A program made the position numbers and the translations under genes. 64,000 bases of DNA. Source: Eubacteriales bacterium. Its GTDB lineage: Bacteria > Bacillota > Clostridia > Oscillospirales > CAG-382. The DNA is taken from contig JAZSLS010000100.1 of NCBI GenBank assembly GCA_045535465.1, positions 559 to 64,558 of the forward strand, written 5' to 3'. Shown piece after piece: positions 1-9,017 of this stretch (positions are counted from its first letter, which is position 1; the number at the start of each line of letters is the position of its first letter). The notes under the pieces were generated by a model. The model ran no database searches. It had not been told where the DNA came from and was given only the letters and a program-made list of their open reading frames with translations.

Positions 1-669
1 AATACCGTCAAGCCAAAGCACCTGGGAGTAGCCCATTTCGGAAGCTTTTTGCTGTGCACGGAGAGAAGCAGCGTAGTTACCGCCGGTCTTTGCAAAGCCG
101 GTGCCGCCTTTAACGGCTCTAACGTACTCGTCTTCAACGTATATCTTAACAGGGTTAATGCCTTCTGCGTAGTATGCGCCAACGGGAGAAAGAATTATGC
201 AGAAAAGATAGGTTGCGGAGGGATGAACGCCAAGGAAGGGGTCGGTAGCGATGATGAAGGGACGAATGTAAAGGGATTTTCCTTCGCCATCGGGAATCCA
301 ATCCTCGTCAACCTTAACAAGGGTCTTTATAGCCTCAAGGGCAAAATCAGGGTCAACCTTGGGTATGCAAAGCCTTTCGTTGGTGTTGTTCATACGTTCA
401 ATGTTCTTCTGAGGGCGGAAAAGCATATGGCTGCCGTCGGCTGCCTTGTATGCCTTAAGGCCTTCAAACATTTCCTGCGCATAATGGAAAACAGCGCAAG
501 CGGGGGAAAGGGAGATGTCAGCAAAAGGAACTATGCGTGCATCGTGCCAGCCCTTTTCTGCGCTGTAGTCCATAAGGAACATATGGTCGGTAAAATACTT
601 ACCAAAGCCAAGCTTTTCCCAATCGGGCTTAGCCTTGGGGGCAGTAGTTTTTGTAATTGTTATGTTCAT
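1..669 (-). CDS. ilvE: branched-chain amino acid aminotransferase; N-terminal 223 aa, 3' part cut by the window edge
   Basis: Absent from the ORF track because it runs off the window. The reverse complement from the ATG (complement of 667-669) reads MNITITKTTAPKAKPDWEKLGFGKYFTDHMFLMDY...AVFHYAQEMFEGLKAY...LYIRPFIIATDP, typical of class IV aminotransferases. AGGAGG lies 9 nt upstream. The + ORF 49..729 is its antisense shadow. Confidence 0.9.
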   Translation of the reverse strand, partial: MNITITKTTAPKAKPDWEKLGFGKYFTDHMFLMDYSAEKGWHDARIVPFADISLSPACAVFHYAQEMFEGLKAYKAADGSHMLFRPQKNIERMNNTNERLCIPKVDPDFALEAIKTLVKVDEDWIPDGEGKSLYIRPFIIATDPFLGVHPSATYLFCIILSPVGAYYAEGINPVKIYVEDEYVRAVKGGTGFAKTGGNYAASLRAQQKASEMGYSQVLWLDGI

Positions 670-711
670 AAATCTATACCTCCTGCGGTTGTCAAAATTA
701 ACAATAAGGTT

Positions 712-740
712 ATTATAATACTTTTCTAAACGCCTTGCAA
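712..740 (-). promoter_or_regulatory. sigma-A type promoter for ilvE (TTGCAA-17-TATAAT on minus strand)
   Basis: The minus strand reads TTGCAA (735-740), a 17-nt spacer, then TATAAT (712-717), about 40 nt upstream of the ilvE ATG. Confidence 0.6.
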
Positions 741-904
741 CACTTTTTGCAAAAAAATAGGGCTTTTATGCCATTTTTTTGCTTTTTATTGCTTTGTTAT
801 GGGGACACCGTGTAAAAAAATACAAAAAGTTAGTACCATCATAACAAAATGTTCATTTTTTAGATGTAAACTGTTACCAAATTTTTTAATATGGAGATGT
901 TTTT

Positions 905-2026
905 TTGTTTGAAATAAAAAAGCCGTTACCGCAAAAGCGTTTTCTTGCTTTGTTGGCTGCGATTATTGTTGCGGTAACGGCGGTTACAGTTCCGTTTTTT
1001 ATGGCGGATGATAGTCAAAGTGCTGTGTTGTACGGCGCAGCGGCAGAAAATACTTTTATAAAAAACGGCTACGGCTTGTACGTGGACGGCGTTTTTATAG
1101 CCGCTGTGGAAGAGGAGAAAGCCGTAGACGGTGTGCTTTCAAAAGCGGCGGATGCGTTGGCGGCAGCTTACGGCACGCCAAAGGGCGCCAACAGCCTTTG
1201 TAACGACGTGCAGGTCGTTGAGGGCGCATATTTTAAAAACAGCTTTGCAAACGCAGAGGACGTGCTTTGCCTCCTCGGTTGCTTGGAAGGCGACGCAAGC
1301 TTTGCGGTATATACTGTCAGCGGCGAGCTTACAGACGTAGTGCTTAACGTAAGCACTACCGTAAACACAAAAAAAGAAGAAAGCCTTGAGGCGGGCTACG
1401 TTTTGGTGGGTACTGACCTTTTGGCAAACGGCGAGGAAATAGTTGCCAAGGAAAGCGTAGACGGCGTAAACCTTAACGAGTACAGCGTTACCTACGTTAA
1501 CGGTGTTAGAACGTCATCTTCGCTTATAGGCAGTACTGTTATAACAGCTCCCGTGCAAGGGGAGAAATGGTGTGGTACGGATAAGGGAGCTACCCTTATG
1601 TCGGCGGGTGACAGGTTTATGTTACCTTGCGCAGGCTGGGTTACCTCCTGGTACGGTTCAAGATATGTTTTCGGCGGTCTTGATAACCACAACGGTCTTG
1701 ACTTTTCGGGCGAAGGCGGCAGATACGGCGACCCTATTTTTGCGGCAGAGGACGGTATAGTCAGCTATGCGGATTGGCACGGTGCTTACGGTAAAAAAAT
1801 AACCGTTGACCATTCTAAGGAGATATCTACCATTTATGCCCATTGCAGTAATATAATAGTAAACGTAGGGGACGTTGTTCGTAAAGGTCAGATAATTGGC
1901 TACATAGGCGCTACCGGCAGAGTAACAGGCGCACATCTTCACTTTGAGGTGTGGAAAAACGGTGTAAGAACCAACCCCAAGCCCTATATAGACTGGTCTG
2001 CATATCAGTGGGACAAAGTAAAATAG
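905..2026 (+). CDS. membrane-anchored M23/LytM family peptidoglycan endopeptidase
   Basis: TTG start. N-terminal TM helix (FLALLAAIIVAVTAVTVPFF). C-terminal M23 motifs HNGLDF and TGAHLHFEV. Confidence 0.85.
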   Translation: MFEIKKPLPQKRFLALLAAIIVAVTAVTVPFFMADDSQSAVLYGAAAENTFIKNGYGLYVDGVFIAAVEEEKAVDGVLSKAADALAAAYGTPKGANSLCNDVQVVEGAYFKNSFANAEDVLCLLGCLEGDASFAVYTVSGELTDVVLNVSTTVNTKKEESLEAGYVLVGTDLLANGEEIVAKESVDGVNLNEYSVTYVNGVRTSSSLIGSTVITAPVQGEKWCGTDKGATLMSAGDRFMLPCAGWVTSWYGSRYVFGGLDNHNGLDFSGEGGRYGDPIFAAEDGIVSYADWHGAYGKKITVDHSKEISTIYAHCSNIIVNVGDVVRKGQIIGYIGATGRVTGAHLHFEVWKNGVRTNPKPYIDWSAYQWDKVK

Positions 2027-2062
2027 TCTACCAAATTAATTTTATATATGGAGGATACGTAA

Positions 2063-3409
<1,347 letters not shown>

Positions 3410-3469
3410 GATTGCGATTGGCAAAAAAGGCACAGACCGCAGAAAAATAATATAATAAGTTATAATGTA

Positions 3470-3503
3470 GGTAAGCGAAGCTTCGGCTTCGCTTACCTTA
3501 TTG
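3470..3503 (+). terminator. stem-loop terminator after gdhA
   Basis: GGTAAGCGAAGC-TTCG-GCTTCGCTTACC is a perfect 12-bp stem (3470-3497) followed by TTATTG. The T tract is weak. Confidence 0.6.
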
Positions 3504-3558
3504 ATATGATTTTAATTTTTACGCTTTGGACAAACCGAACAAAAGTTCGGTAGAGGGC

Positions 3559-3587
3559 TTGATTTTTGGAATATGCCGTGTTATAAT
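3559..3587 (+). promoter_or_regulatory. sigma-A type promoter of the cassette (TTGATT-17-TATAAT)
   Basis: TTGATT at 3559-3564, a 17-nt spacer, TATAAT at 3582-3587; about 80 nt upstream of the ATG at 3666. Confidence 0.65.
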
Positions 3588-3665
3588 AAAAGCGTAAGAG
3601 GGAATATGTTGCGTCACTGCACTTAAAATGCGGTGGCGCTTTTTCTATGCCAAAACGGAGGTAAA

Positions 3666-4934
3666 ATGAAGGAAATACTAATAAGCGTAAACAAAAAAAT
3701 AGCCACAGCGGCAGAAGGGCAGTTTATAGTAAACGGCAACAGCGACGTTGTGGCAAGGTTTGCTTTTGACAGCGAATGGGAAAACAGCGGAACCAAAACC
3801 GCTGTTTTTCTGCTTTCGGACGGCAGCGCCTACTACGAAATAATTAAGGACGGCGTTTGCCCCGTACCCGTTTTGTATAACACCGCCTACGTTAAAATCG
3901 GCGTAATAAGTGCATCCGTGTATACAAGCACTTCGGCAAAGGTTGTCTGCCGCCCTTGCATAACCGACGAAAACGCAGGTGATGCTCCCGTAACGGAGGA
4001 TAACTACGCCAAGCTTTGCACCTATATCGACGAAAAAGCTGCTTCCGTAGAAATAAGTAAAGCGGGCAATTGGCTTATAAACGGCAAGGATACGGGCGTA
4101 TCCGCCAAGGGAGAGAAAGGCGATCGTGGCATACAGGGTCAAAAGGGGGATAAAGGGGACAAGGGCGACAGCTACGTTTTAACGGCTTCCGATAAAGCCG
4201 AGATAGCAAAACAGGTGGAGCACGCAAATATAGTACAAGCGCCAAGGTTTGTAAACTCTATAAACGAAATGACGGACGTTAGCAAATCCTACGTCCTTGC
4301 CTCCACGGGCAGAATTTGGGCGCATTTGGACACAACTGCTATACAAACTGTAACGGAACAGATAGGCGACACGGCTAACCCATTCATAGATAACGCCCGT
4401 TTGGGCTCCGACGGCTCAACCGCCACCGGTTACGACGGATACGTTGCAACGCCGTACATCGACCTCCTTGCCTATCCCGTGCCGTTTACCTTGCATCTTG
4501 AAGGAGCGACCTTTATACCCACCGCAACCGACAGCTACACAAGAATATGCTCTTACACTGCCGGCAAAACAAAAATATCCCAAGGCAACCACACAAACAC
4601 CACCGTAGACAGTTCTCTTAACGTTGGCGACTCCGACGTTACAGTGAATGGCAATACCGCTACAATACTGTTTGACGAAACCCCGAAAACGAACAACGCA
4701 AACAACGACGGTGTGCTTCAGTTTATAAGGTTTTCGGGCAAGGGAAGTGCAGCTACTGCCAAAGCCTACGTTACTTATGAAGCCGAGGTAACGGGCGGCG
4801 GCTGGGTTGATACGGGCACAAGCTACGCACCTGCTTTGACCGAGAACGAGAAAACCGAAATAGCAGAAATGGCAGCAAACATTATAGATGCCGAGCTTCT
4901 TTCTCTTGTAGGCAACGGAGAGGTAACGGTATGA
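3666..4934 (+). CDS. phage tail-fibre-like protein with collagen-like Gly-X-Y repeat
   Basis: I place the start at ATG 3666 (GGAGG 5 nt upstream) rather than the GTG at 3633. GEKGDRGIQGQKGDKGDKGD lies at 4110-4169, preceded by WLINGKDTGVSAKG, a pattern I recognise from Firmicutes prophage fibre proteins. No signal peptide. Confidence 0.75.
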   Translation: MKEILISVNKKIATAAEGQFIVNGNSDVVARFAFDSEWENSGTKTAVFLLSDGSAYYEIIKDGVCPVPVLYNTAYVKIGVISASVYTSTSAKVVCRPCITDENAGDAPVTEDNYAKLCTYIDEKAASVEISKAGNWLINGKDTGVSAKGEKGDRGIQGQKGDKGDKGDSYVLTASDKAEIAKQVEHANIVQAPRFVNSINEMTDVSKSYVLASTGRIWAHLDTTAIQTVTEQIGDTANPFIDNARLGSDGSTATGYDGYVATPYIDLLAYPVPFTLHLEGATFIPTATDSYTRICSYTAGKTKISQGNHTNTTVDSSLNVGDSDVTVNGNTATILFDETPKTNNANNDGVLQFIRFSGKGSAATAKAYVTYEAEVTGGGWVDTGTSYAPALTENEKTEIAEMAANIIDAELLSLVGNGEVTV

Positions 4935-6100
4935 GGCTTGAAAGTGCAAACCTAATAAAAAAGCTTATCTCTGCAATAGATGCCAAAACGGGCTATAAGC
5001 ACTTAGACCTGACCTCTGCTGTGCAAAGCCTTTTTGACGGAGTGGCTATGCCTGTCGGTACGGTTGCGTTGCCCGCAGCAAGCTCATTTCAAAGCCCTCA
5101 AAGCATAAAAGCTCTGATAAACGCCGCAAATACCGTAACGGGCAAGGAGGACAAAACTCTTACCGATGCAGTGCAAAGCCTTTTTGATTTGTATGTGGGT
5201 GAAAAGCCAATCTACTCCTTCGGTGTACTGTCAGATCTGCACATACAGTACGCAACGGGTGTGGAGGATTTAAACAGAGCCTTTGCCTATCTTGAAAAAC
5301 GTGTTCCGTTTACTTGTATTTGCGGCGACCTTGTTGCGTGGGCAAGCGTGGAAAATATGGCGCAATACAAGAGCTTGGTGGTAGATACCCCTTGGGATAT
5401 GGAGATATACGAGGTAGCGGGCAACCACGAAAGCTACCCCGAAATGGGTGTAACAGGCAACGTTAACGAAGCCCTTTATACTCAAAGCACGGGCAACGGC
5501 TTGTATTATTCCTTTGAGAAAAACGGGGATGTATTTATAATGCTAAGTCTTAAGACGGACGTGCCAAGCGTTACTTTCCCAAGCGGAGCGCTGGCTTGGC
5601 TTGAAAACACTCTTAAAGCTAACAAAAACAAGCGTTGCTTTGTTTTTGAACACGTTCAAGATGCAAACGACCTTACGGCAGACCCTTCCCATAGGTACAG
5701 CAATATTCTCGCAGGCGTAGACGGTGACAAATTTTTAAGCCTTATGAGAGAGTATAAAAACGCCGTGTGGTTTCACGGTCATACTCATTTATCTGTCACT
5801 GCCGATAGAAAGGGCGCATATCCCGTAGGTCACGAGGCGGGCTACAAATCCGTTCACGTTCCATCCTTGGTAAGCCCAAGGTATTACAACGCCAATACAA
5901 ACGCCGTTGAGGATTATTACTGCAAAAACGGTGTAACGGTTTACGGCGGTGTACACGCCGAAGGCTACGTCTGCGACGTTTATAAACACAAAATAGTGCT
6001 TCGCTCCATAGATTTTGCAAAGCAATACTTCGACGCAAGCTGGAACGCCTACTACGAAGCGGAGCCGATGGACGAGCATATTTATGCTTTGATAACTTAG
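4931..6100 (+). CDS. calcineurin-like metallophosphoesterase with duplicated N-terminal module
   Basis: ATGA overlap with the upstream gene. Phosphoesterase motifs: DLH, GDLV, GNHE, GHTH. A 50-aa internal duplication (LTSAVQSLFDG / LTDAVQSLFDL). No signal peptide. Confidence 0.8.
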   Translation: MRLESANLIKKLISAIDAKTGYKHLDLTSAVQSLFDGVAMPVGTVALPAASSFQSPQSIKALINAANTVTGKEDKTLTDAVQSLFDLYVGEKPIYSFGVLSDLHIQYATGVEDLNRAFAYLEKRVPFTCICGDLVAWASVENMAQYKSLVVDTPWDMEIYEVAGNHESYPEMGVTGNVNEALYTQSTGNGLYYSFEKNGDVFIMLSLKTDVPSVTFPSGALAWLENTLKANKNKRCFVFEHVQDANDLTADPSHRYSNILAGVDGDKFLSLMREYKNAVWFHGHTHLSVTADRKGAYPVGHEAGYKSVHVPSLVSPRYYNANTNAVEDYYCKNGVTVYGGVHAEGYVCDVYKHKIVLRSIDFAKQYFDASWNAYYEAEPMDEHIYALIT

Positions 6101-6118
6101 AGAAAGGCAAGGAGGAAA

Positions 6119-6565
6119 ATGAAAATACAAACTGTAAAAATAGCAATTTCGGCAGTCTTTGCGGCAATAGCGGGCGTATACGGTAAGCTGGCTGTACCCT
6201 TTTTTGTGCTGTGTGGACTAATGCTTGCCGACTATGTAACCGGTATGACAAAAAGCTGGCAAAGGGGAACTCTTTGCTCTAAAACGGGGCTTATGGGGGT
6301 GGTTAAAAAGCTGTGCTACGGTCTTGGCGTGGTAGCTGCCGCAGGAGTAGACTATGCGGTATCCGCCATATCCCAAAGCCTTGGCTACGACGTGGGGCTT
6401 AAGCCCTTTTTTGCTATGCTTTGCGTTGTGTGGCTTATTATAAACGAGTGCATAAGCATAACGGAAAATCTTGTGCTGATAGGAGTACCAATGCCCGCTT
6501 TTCTTATAAAGGCGGCAAAAAGACTAAAAACAAGCGTGGAGGATATAGGCGATGACGAGGAATAA
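6119..6565 (+). CDS. phage holin (Phage_holin_4_1 / LL-H type)
   Basis: 148 aa with 3-4 TM segments. Motifs ADYVTG and INECISITEN, plus a charged C-terminal tail DIGDDEE. GGAGG RBS. Confidence 0.8.
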   Translation: MKIQTVKIAISAVFAAIAGVYGKLAVPFFVLCGLMLADYVTGMTKSWQRGTLCSKTGLMGVVKKLCYGLGVVAAAGVDYAVSAISQSLGYDVGLKPFFAMLCVVWLIINECISITENLVLIGVPMPAFLIKAAKRLKTSVEDIGDDEE

Positions 6566-7298
6566 GCCCATAAGGATATATATATCACCCGCCAACCATC
6601 CAAAGCCCTACGCAAACGGTAAAAACGAAAAAAGCGTTATGGAAAAGCTGGCGGCGTATCTTTTGGAATTTCTTTCGGAATACGAGGGAATAAAGCCCAT
6701 ATACACCACCGTTTTTAATAAGGACGGTCAATATACGGGCAGACCCGAGGAGGCAAGAAGCTTAGAGTGCGATTTGTACGTGGCGCTCCACAGTAATGCG
6801 GGCGGAGGTAAAGGAGCCTGCCTTTTTTATCACCCTTCTTTTCCATTGTCAAAGGCGTTGGCGTTGGGGATAGTGGGCGAGCTTAACCGTGTAAGTCCCA
6901 TAAAAAGCAACCGTGCCGTTCAGCCTGCCATATATTCGTGGGACAAGGGCGCTTTCAATTTCGGCGAGCTTAGAGTACCCGCATCCTATGGTATAGCTCC
7001 CGTACTTATCGAGCACGAGTTCCACGATACGCCTAAGGGGGCAGCGTGGCTTGCGGAAAATACGCAGGCAATAGCAAAAGCCGATGCCCGTGCCATAGCG
7101 TCAGTACTTGGCGTTTACAAAAAAGGCGACGTTACAGGCGACGGCAAAACCGATAATCTTGATGCTGCTCGTATACTTATGTACGATGCAGGCATTATAG
7201 AGCTTACCGAGGAGCAAAAACGCATAGCCGATATAAATTGCGACGGTGAAGCCGATAACCTTGACGTAAAACAGATATTAAAAATCGACTCAGAATAA
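6552..7298 (+). CDS. N-acetylmuramoyl-L-alanine amidase (Amidase_3) endolysin with C-terminal type-I dockerin
   Basis: Overlaps the holin by 14 nt. Amidase_3 motifs YVALHSNAGGG and LIEHEFHD. The C-terminus has two Ca-binding dockerin loops, GDVTGDGKTDNLDAARIL and ADINCDGEADNLDVKQIL. No signal peptide. Confidence 0.85.
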   Translation: MTRNKPIRIYISPANHPKPYANGKNEKSVMEKLAAYLLEFLSEYEGIKPIYTTVFNKDGQYTGRPEEARSLECDLYVALHSNAGGGKGACLFYHPSFPLSKALALGIVGELNRVSPIKSNRAVQPAIYSWDKGAFNFGELRVPASYGIAPVLIEHEFHDTPKGAAWLAENTQAIAKADARAIASVLGVYKKGDVTGDGKTDNLDAARILMYDAGIIELTEEQKRIADINCDGEADNLDVKQILKIDSE

Positions 7299-7300
7299 CA

Positions 7301-7335
7301 AAACGCCCCGTGGATTTTTCCACGGGGCGTTTTTG
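7301..7335 (+). terminator. rho-independent terminator after the endolysin
   Basis: CGCCCCGTGG-ATTTTT-CCACGGGGCG followed by TTTTTG. Confidence 0.85.
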
Positions 7336-7339
7336 CGCT

Positions 7340-7414
7340 TGGAGCTGGTGAGGGGATTTGAACCCCTGGCCTATTGATTACGAATCAATTGCGCTACCAC
7401 TGCGCCACACCAGC
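7340..7414 (-). tRNA. tRNA-Thr (anticodon CGU)
   Basis: The reverse complement GCTGGTGTGGCGCAGTGGTAGCGCAATTGATTCGTAATCAATAGGCCAGGGGTTCAAATCCCCTCACCAGCTCCA folds as a cloverleaf. Anticodon loop TTCGTAA; CCA is encoded. Confidence 0.95.
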
Positions 7415-7502
7415 AAGTGCCAAAGCTGCGCAAGACGAATTATACCACATAAAACTCCGTTTTGTCAAGCATTTAATTGCCTTTTACCTTTGGTTTTTCG
7501 AC

Positions 7503-7530
7503 ACCCAAAAACAAAAGCTTACATATTATA
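7503..7530 (+). promoter_or_regulatory. possible sigma-K type (mother-cell) promoter upstream of dpaA
   Basis: AC (7503-7504), a 17-nt spacer, CATATTATA (7522-7530), matching AC-N16-17-CATAnnnTA. No good sigma-A -35 element is present. Confidence 0.4.
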
Positions 7531-7557
7531 ATAGCATAAACAACAGGGAGGAACTTT

Positions 7558-8415
7558 ATGAGTGATATAAAAATTGCATTGATAGGCGGTGACCGCAGAC
7601 AGGCAATAGTTGCCTCGTCCCTTGCCTTGAGGGGAGTAGAATGCGCAGTGTTTGGTATTGACGGTGCGGATATAGGCAAAGCCACAAGATGTACAGACCT
7701 TGAGGGTGCACTAAGCTATGCTTCCGCAGTGGTATTGCCGCTACCGGTAACCAGAGACGGAAAACATCTTAACACGCCACTGTATGATGGAAAAATAAGC
7801 CTTAAGCAGTTGGATGACCTGTCACCGCCAAGAGCTTTGCTTTTGGGCGGTATGATAAAGCAGGAGGATTTTGAGGGCAGATGGGTAAGCGACTACTATG
7901 AAAAAGAGGAGCTTATGCTTTTAAATACAATTCCCACGGCGGAGGGAGCCATAGCCATAGCAATGGAAGAGCTACCTACCACCCTTCACGGAACAAAATG
8001 TCTTATAATGGGTTTGGGCAGAGTAGGAAAGACCCTAGCGCTTACGCTTCTTTCTTTAGGAGCAAAGCTAAGCGTTGCCACTCGTAACCCTTCCGAAAAG
8101 GCAGTATGTAAAATACTGGGAATAGAGGTAGTGGAATACAAGAATTTATCCGATGAAATTGGCGGCTTTGGACTTATATTCAACACAGTTCCCGCCACGC
8201 TTTTGACGGGCAGCCTTTTGCAAAGGGTAAAGGATACCACCCCCATAATAGACCTTGCCACTCACCCGGGTGGGGTAGATGCCGCAGCAAGTGCCACTAT
8301 GGGCAAGCGTATTATATGGGCGCTGGGGCTTCCCGGCAAGGTTGCGCCCCAAACGGCGGGTGAATATATAAGCCAAACGGTTATAGGTATACTTGAGGAG
8401 GAAAATATTATATGA
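7558..8415 (+). CDS. dpaA: dipicolinate synthase subunit A
   Basis: SpoVFA-like. Two Rossmann-type regions (IALIGGDRRQ, IMGLGRVGKTLA). 4-nt overlap with dpaB. Confidence 0.9.
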   Translation: MSDIKIALIGGDRRQAIVASSLALRGVECAVFGIDGADIGKATRCTDLEGALSYASAVVLPLPVTRDGKHLNTPLYDGKISLKQLDDLSPPRALLLGGMIKQEDFEGRWVSDYYEKEELMLLNTIPTAEGAIAIAMEELPTTLHGTKCLIMGLGRVGKTLALTLLSLGAKLSVATRNPSEKAVCKILGIEVVEYKNLSDEIGGFGLIFNTVPATLLTGSLLQRVKDTTPIIDLATHPGGVDAAASATMGKRIIWALGLPGKVAPQTAGEYISQTVIGILEEENII

Positions 8416-8975
8416 CGGCATTTGCATTTTGCGGTTCTTTTTGTAATCACAAAGAAGCTCTTACACAGCTTAAGAGGCTTGTAAACACGGGCGAAACAGT
8501 GCTTCCCATCTTTTCGGAAAAGGTGCAAAGCACCAACACTCGCTTTGGCACGGCCACGGACTTTGTTGCGGAAGCGGAGCTTATCTGCGGCAGAGAGGGC
8601 GTAAAAAACATAGTGGAAGCGGAAAAGGCGATGACCAATTCAGAGGTGGACTGCCTTGTTATAGCTCCCTGTACGGGTAATACCTTGGCAAGGCTTGCTC
8701 TAGGTATAAGCGACGGCGCAGTGACTATGGCGGCAAAAGCCCACCTTAGAAACAAAAAGCCTGTTCTTATTGCCTTCGCCTCCAACGACGCTCTAAGCGG
8801 AAGCCTTAAAAATATGGCAACGCTTCTTGAAAAGAAAAACATCTACTTTGTGCCGATGCGTCAGGACGCACCGGAGAAAAAGCCCACGTCGTTGGTTTGT
8901 GACTGGCAGTATCTGCTTCCTGCAATAGAGGCTGCAAAGGCAGGAAAACAGCTTCATCCCCTTATAGTGGTTTAA
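8412..8975 (+). CDS. dpaB: dipicolinate synthase subunit B (flavoprotein)
   Basis: SpoVFB-like flavoprotein fold: AFCGSFCN, APCTGNTLARLALGISD. Confidence 0.9.
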   Translation: MTAFAFCGSFCNHKEALTQLKRLVNTGETVLPIFSEKVQSTNTRFGTATDFVAEAELICGREGVKNIVEAEKAMTNSEVDCLVIAPCTGNTLARLALGISDGAVTMAAKAHLRNKKPVLIAFASNDALSGSLKNMATLLEKKNIYFVPMRQDAPEKKPTSLVCDWQYLLPAIEAAKAGKQLHPLIVV

Positions 8976-9017
8976 GCAGACAAAAGCCTGTGCATAATAA
9001 TATAAAGGAGGCATAAT

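Larger units (their letters stand above)
3559..7335 (+). mobile_element. prophage-derived late/lysis cassette (four genes only; remnant or domesticated module)
   Basis: Contains its own promoter, a tail-fibre-like gene, a metallophosphoesterase, a holin, an endolysin and a terminator. No other phage genes occur in the window. It ends 4 nt from the 3' end of tRNA-Thr(CGU). Confidence 0.6.

Noticed and set aside
49-729. 226-aa + strand ORF at the left edge
   Set aside because: It is the antisense shadow of ilvE. Its translation is low-complexity with no motif, whereas the minus strand reads a textbook aminotransferase with an RBS.
3410-3640. Search for a direct repeat of the tRNA-Thr 3' end (att site) at the left border of the phage cassette
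   Set aside because: I could not find any copy of the tRNA 3' segment (GGATTTGAACCCC...) there by eye, so no att boundary is claimed. The same negative result holds for the tRNA-Tyr 3' end near 23260-23460.
7374-7565. 63-aa + ORF overlapping tRNA-Thr(CGU)
   Set aside because: It starts inside the tRNA gene and runs through the dpaA promoter region. It has no RBS.
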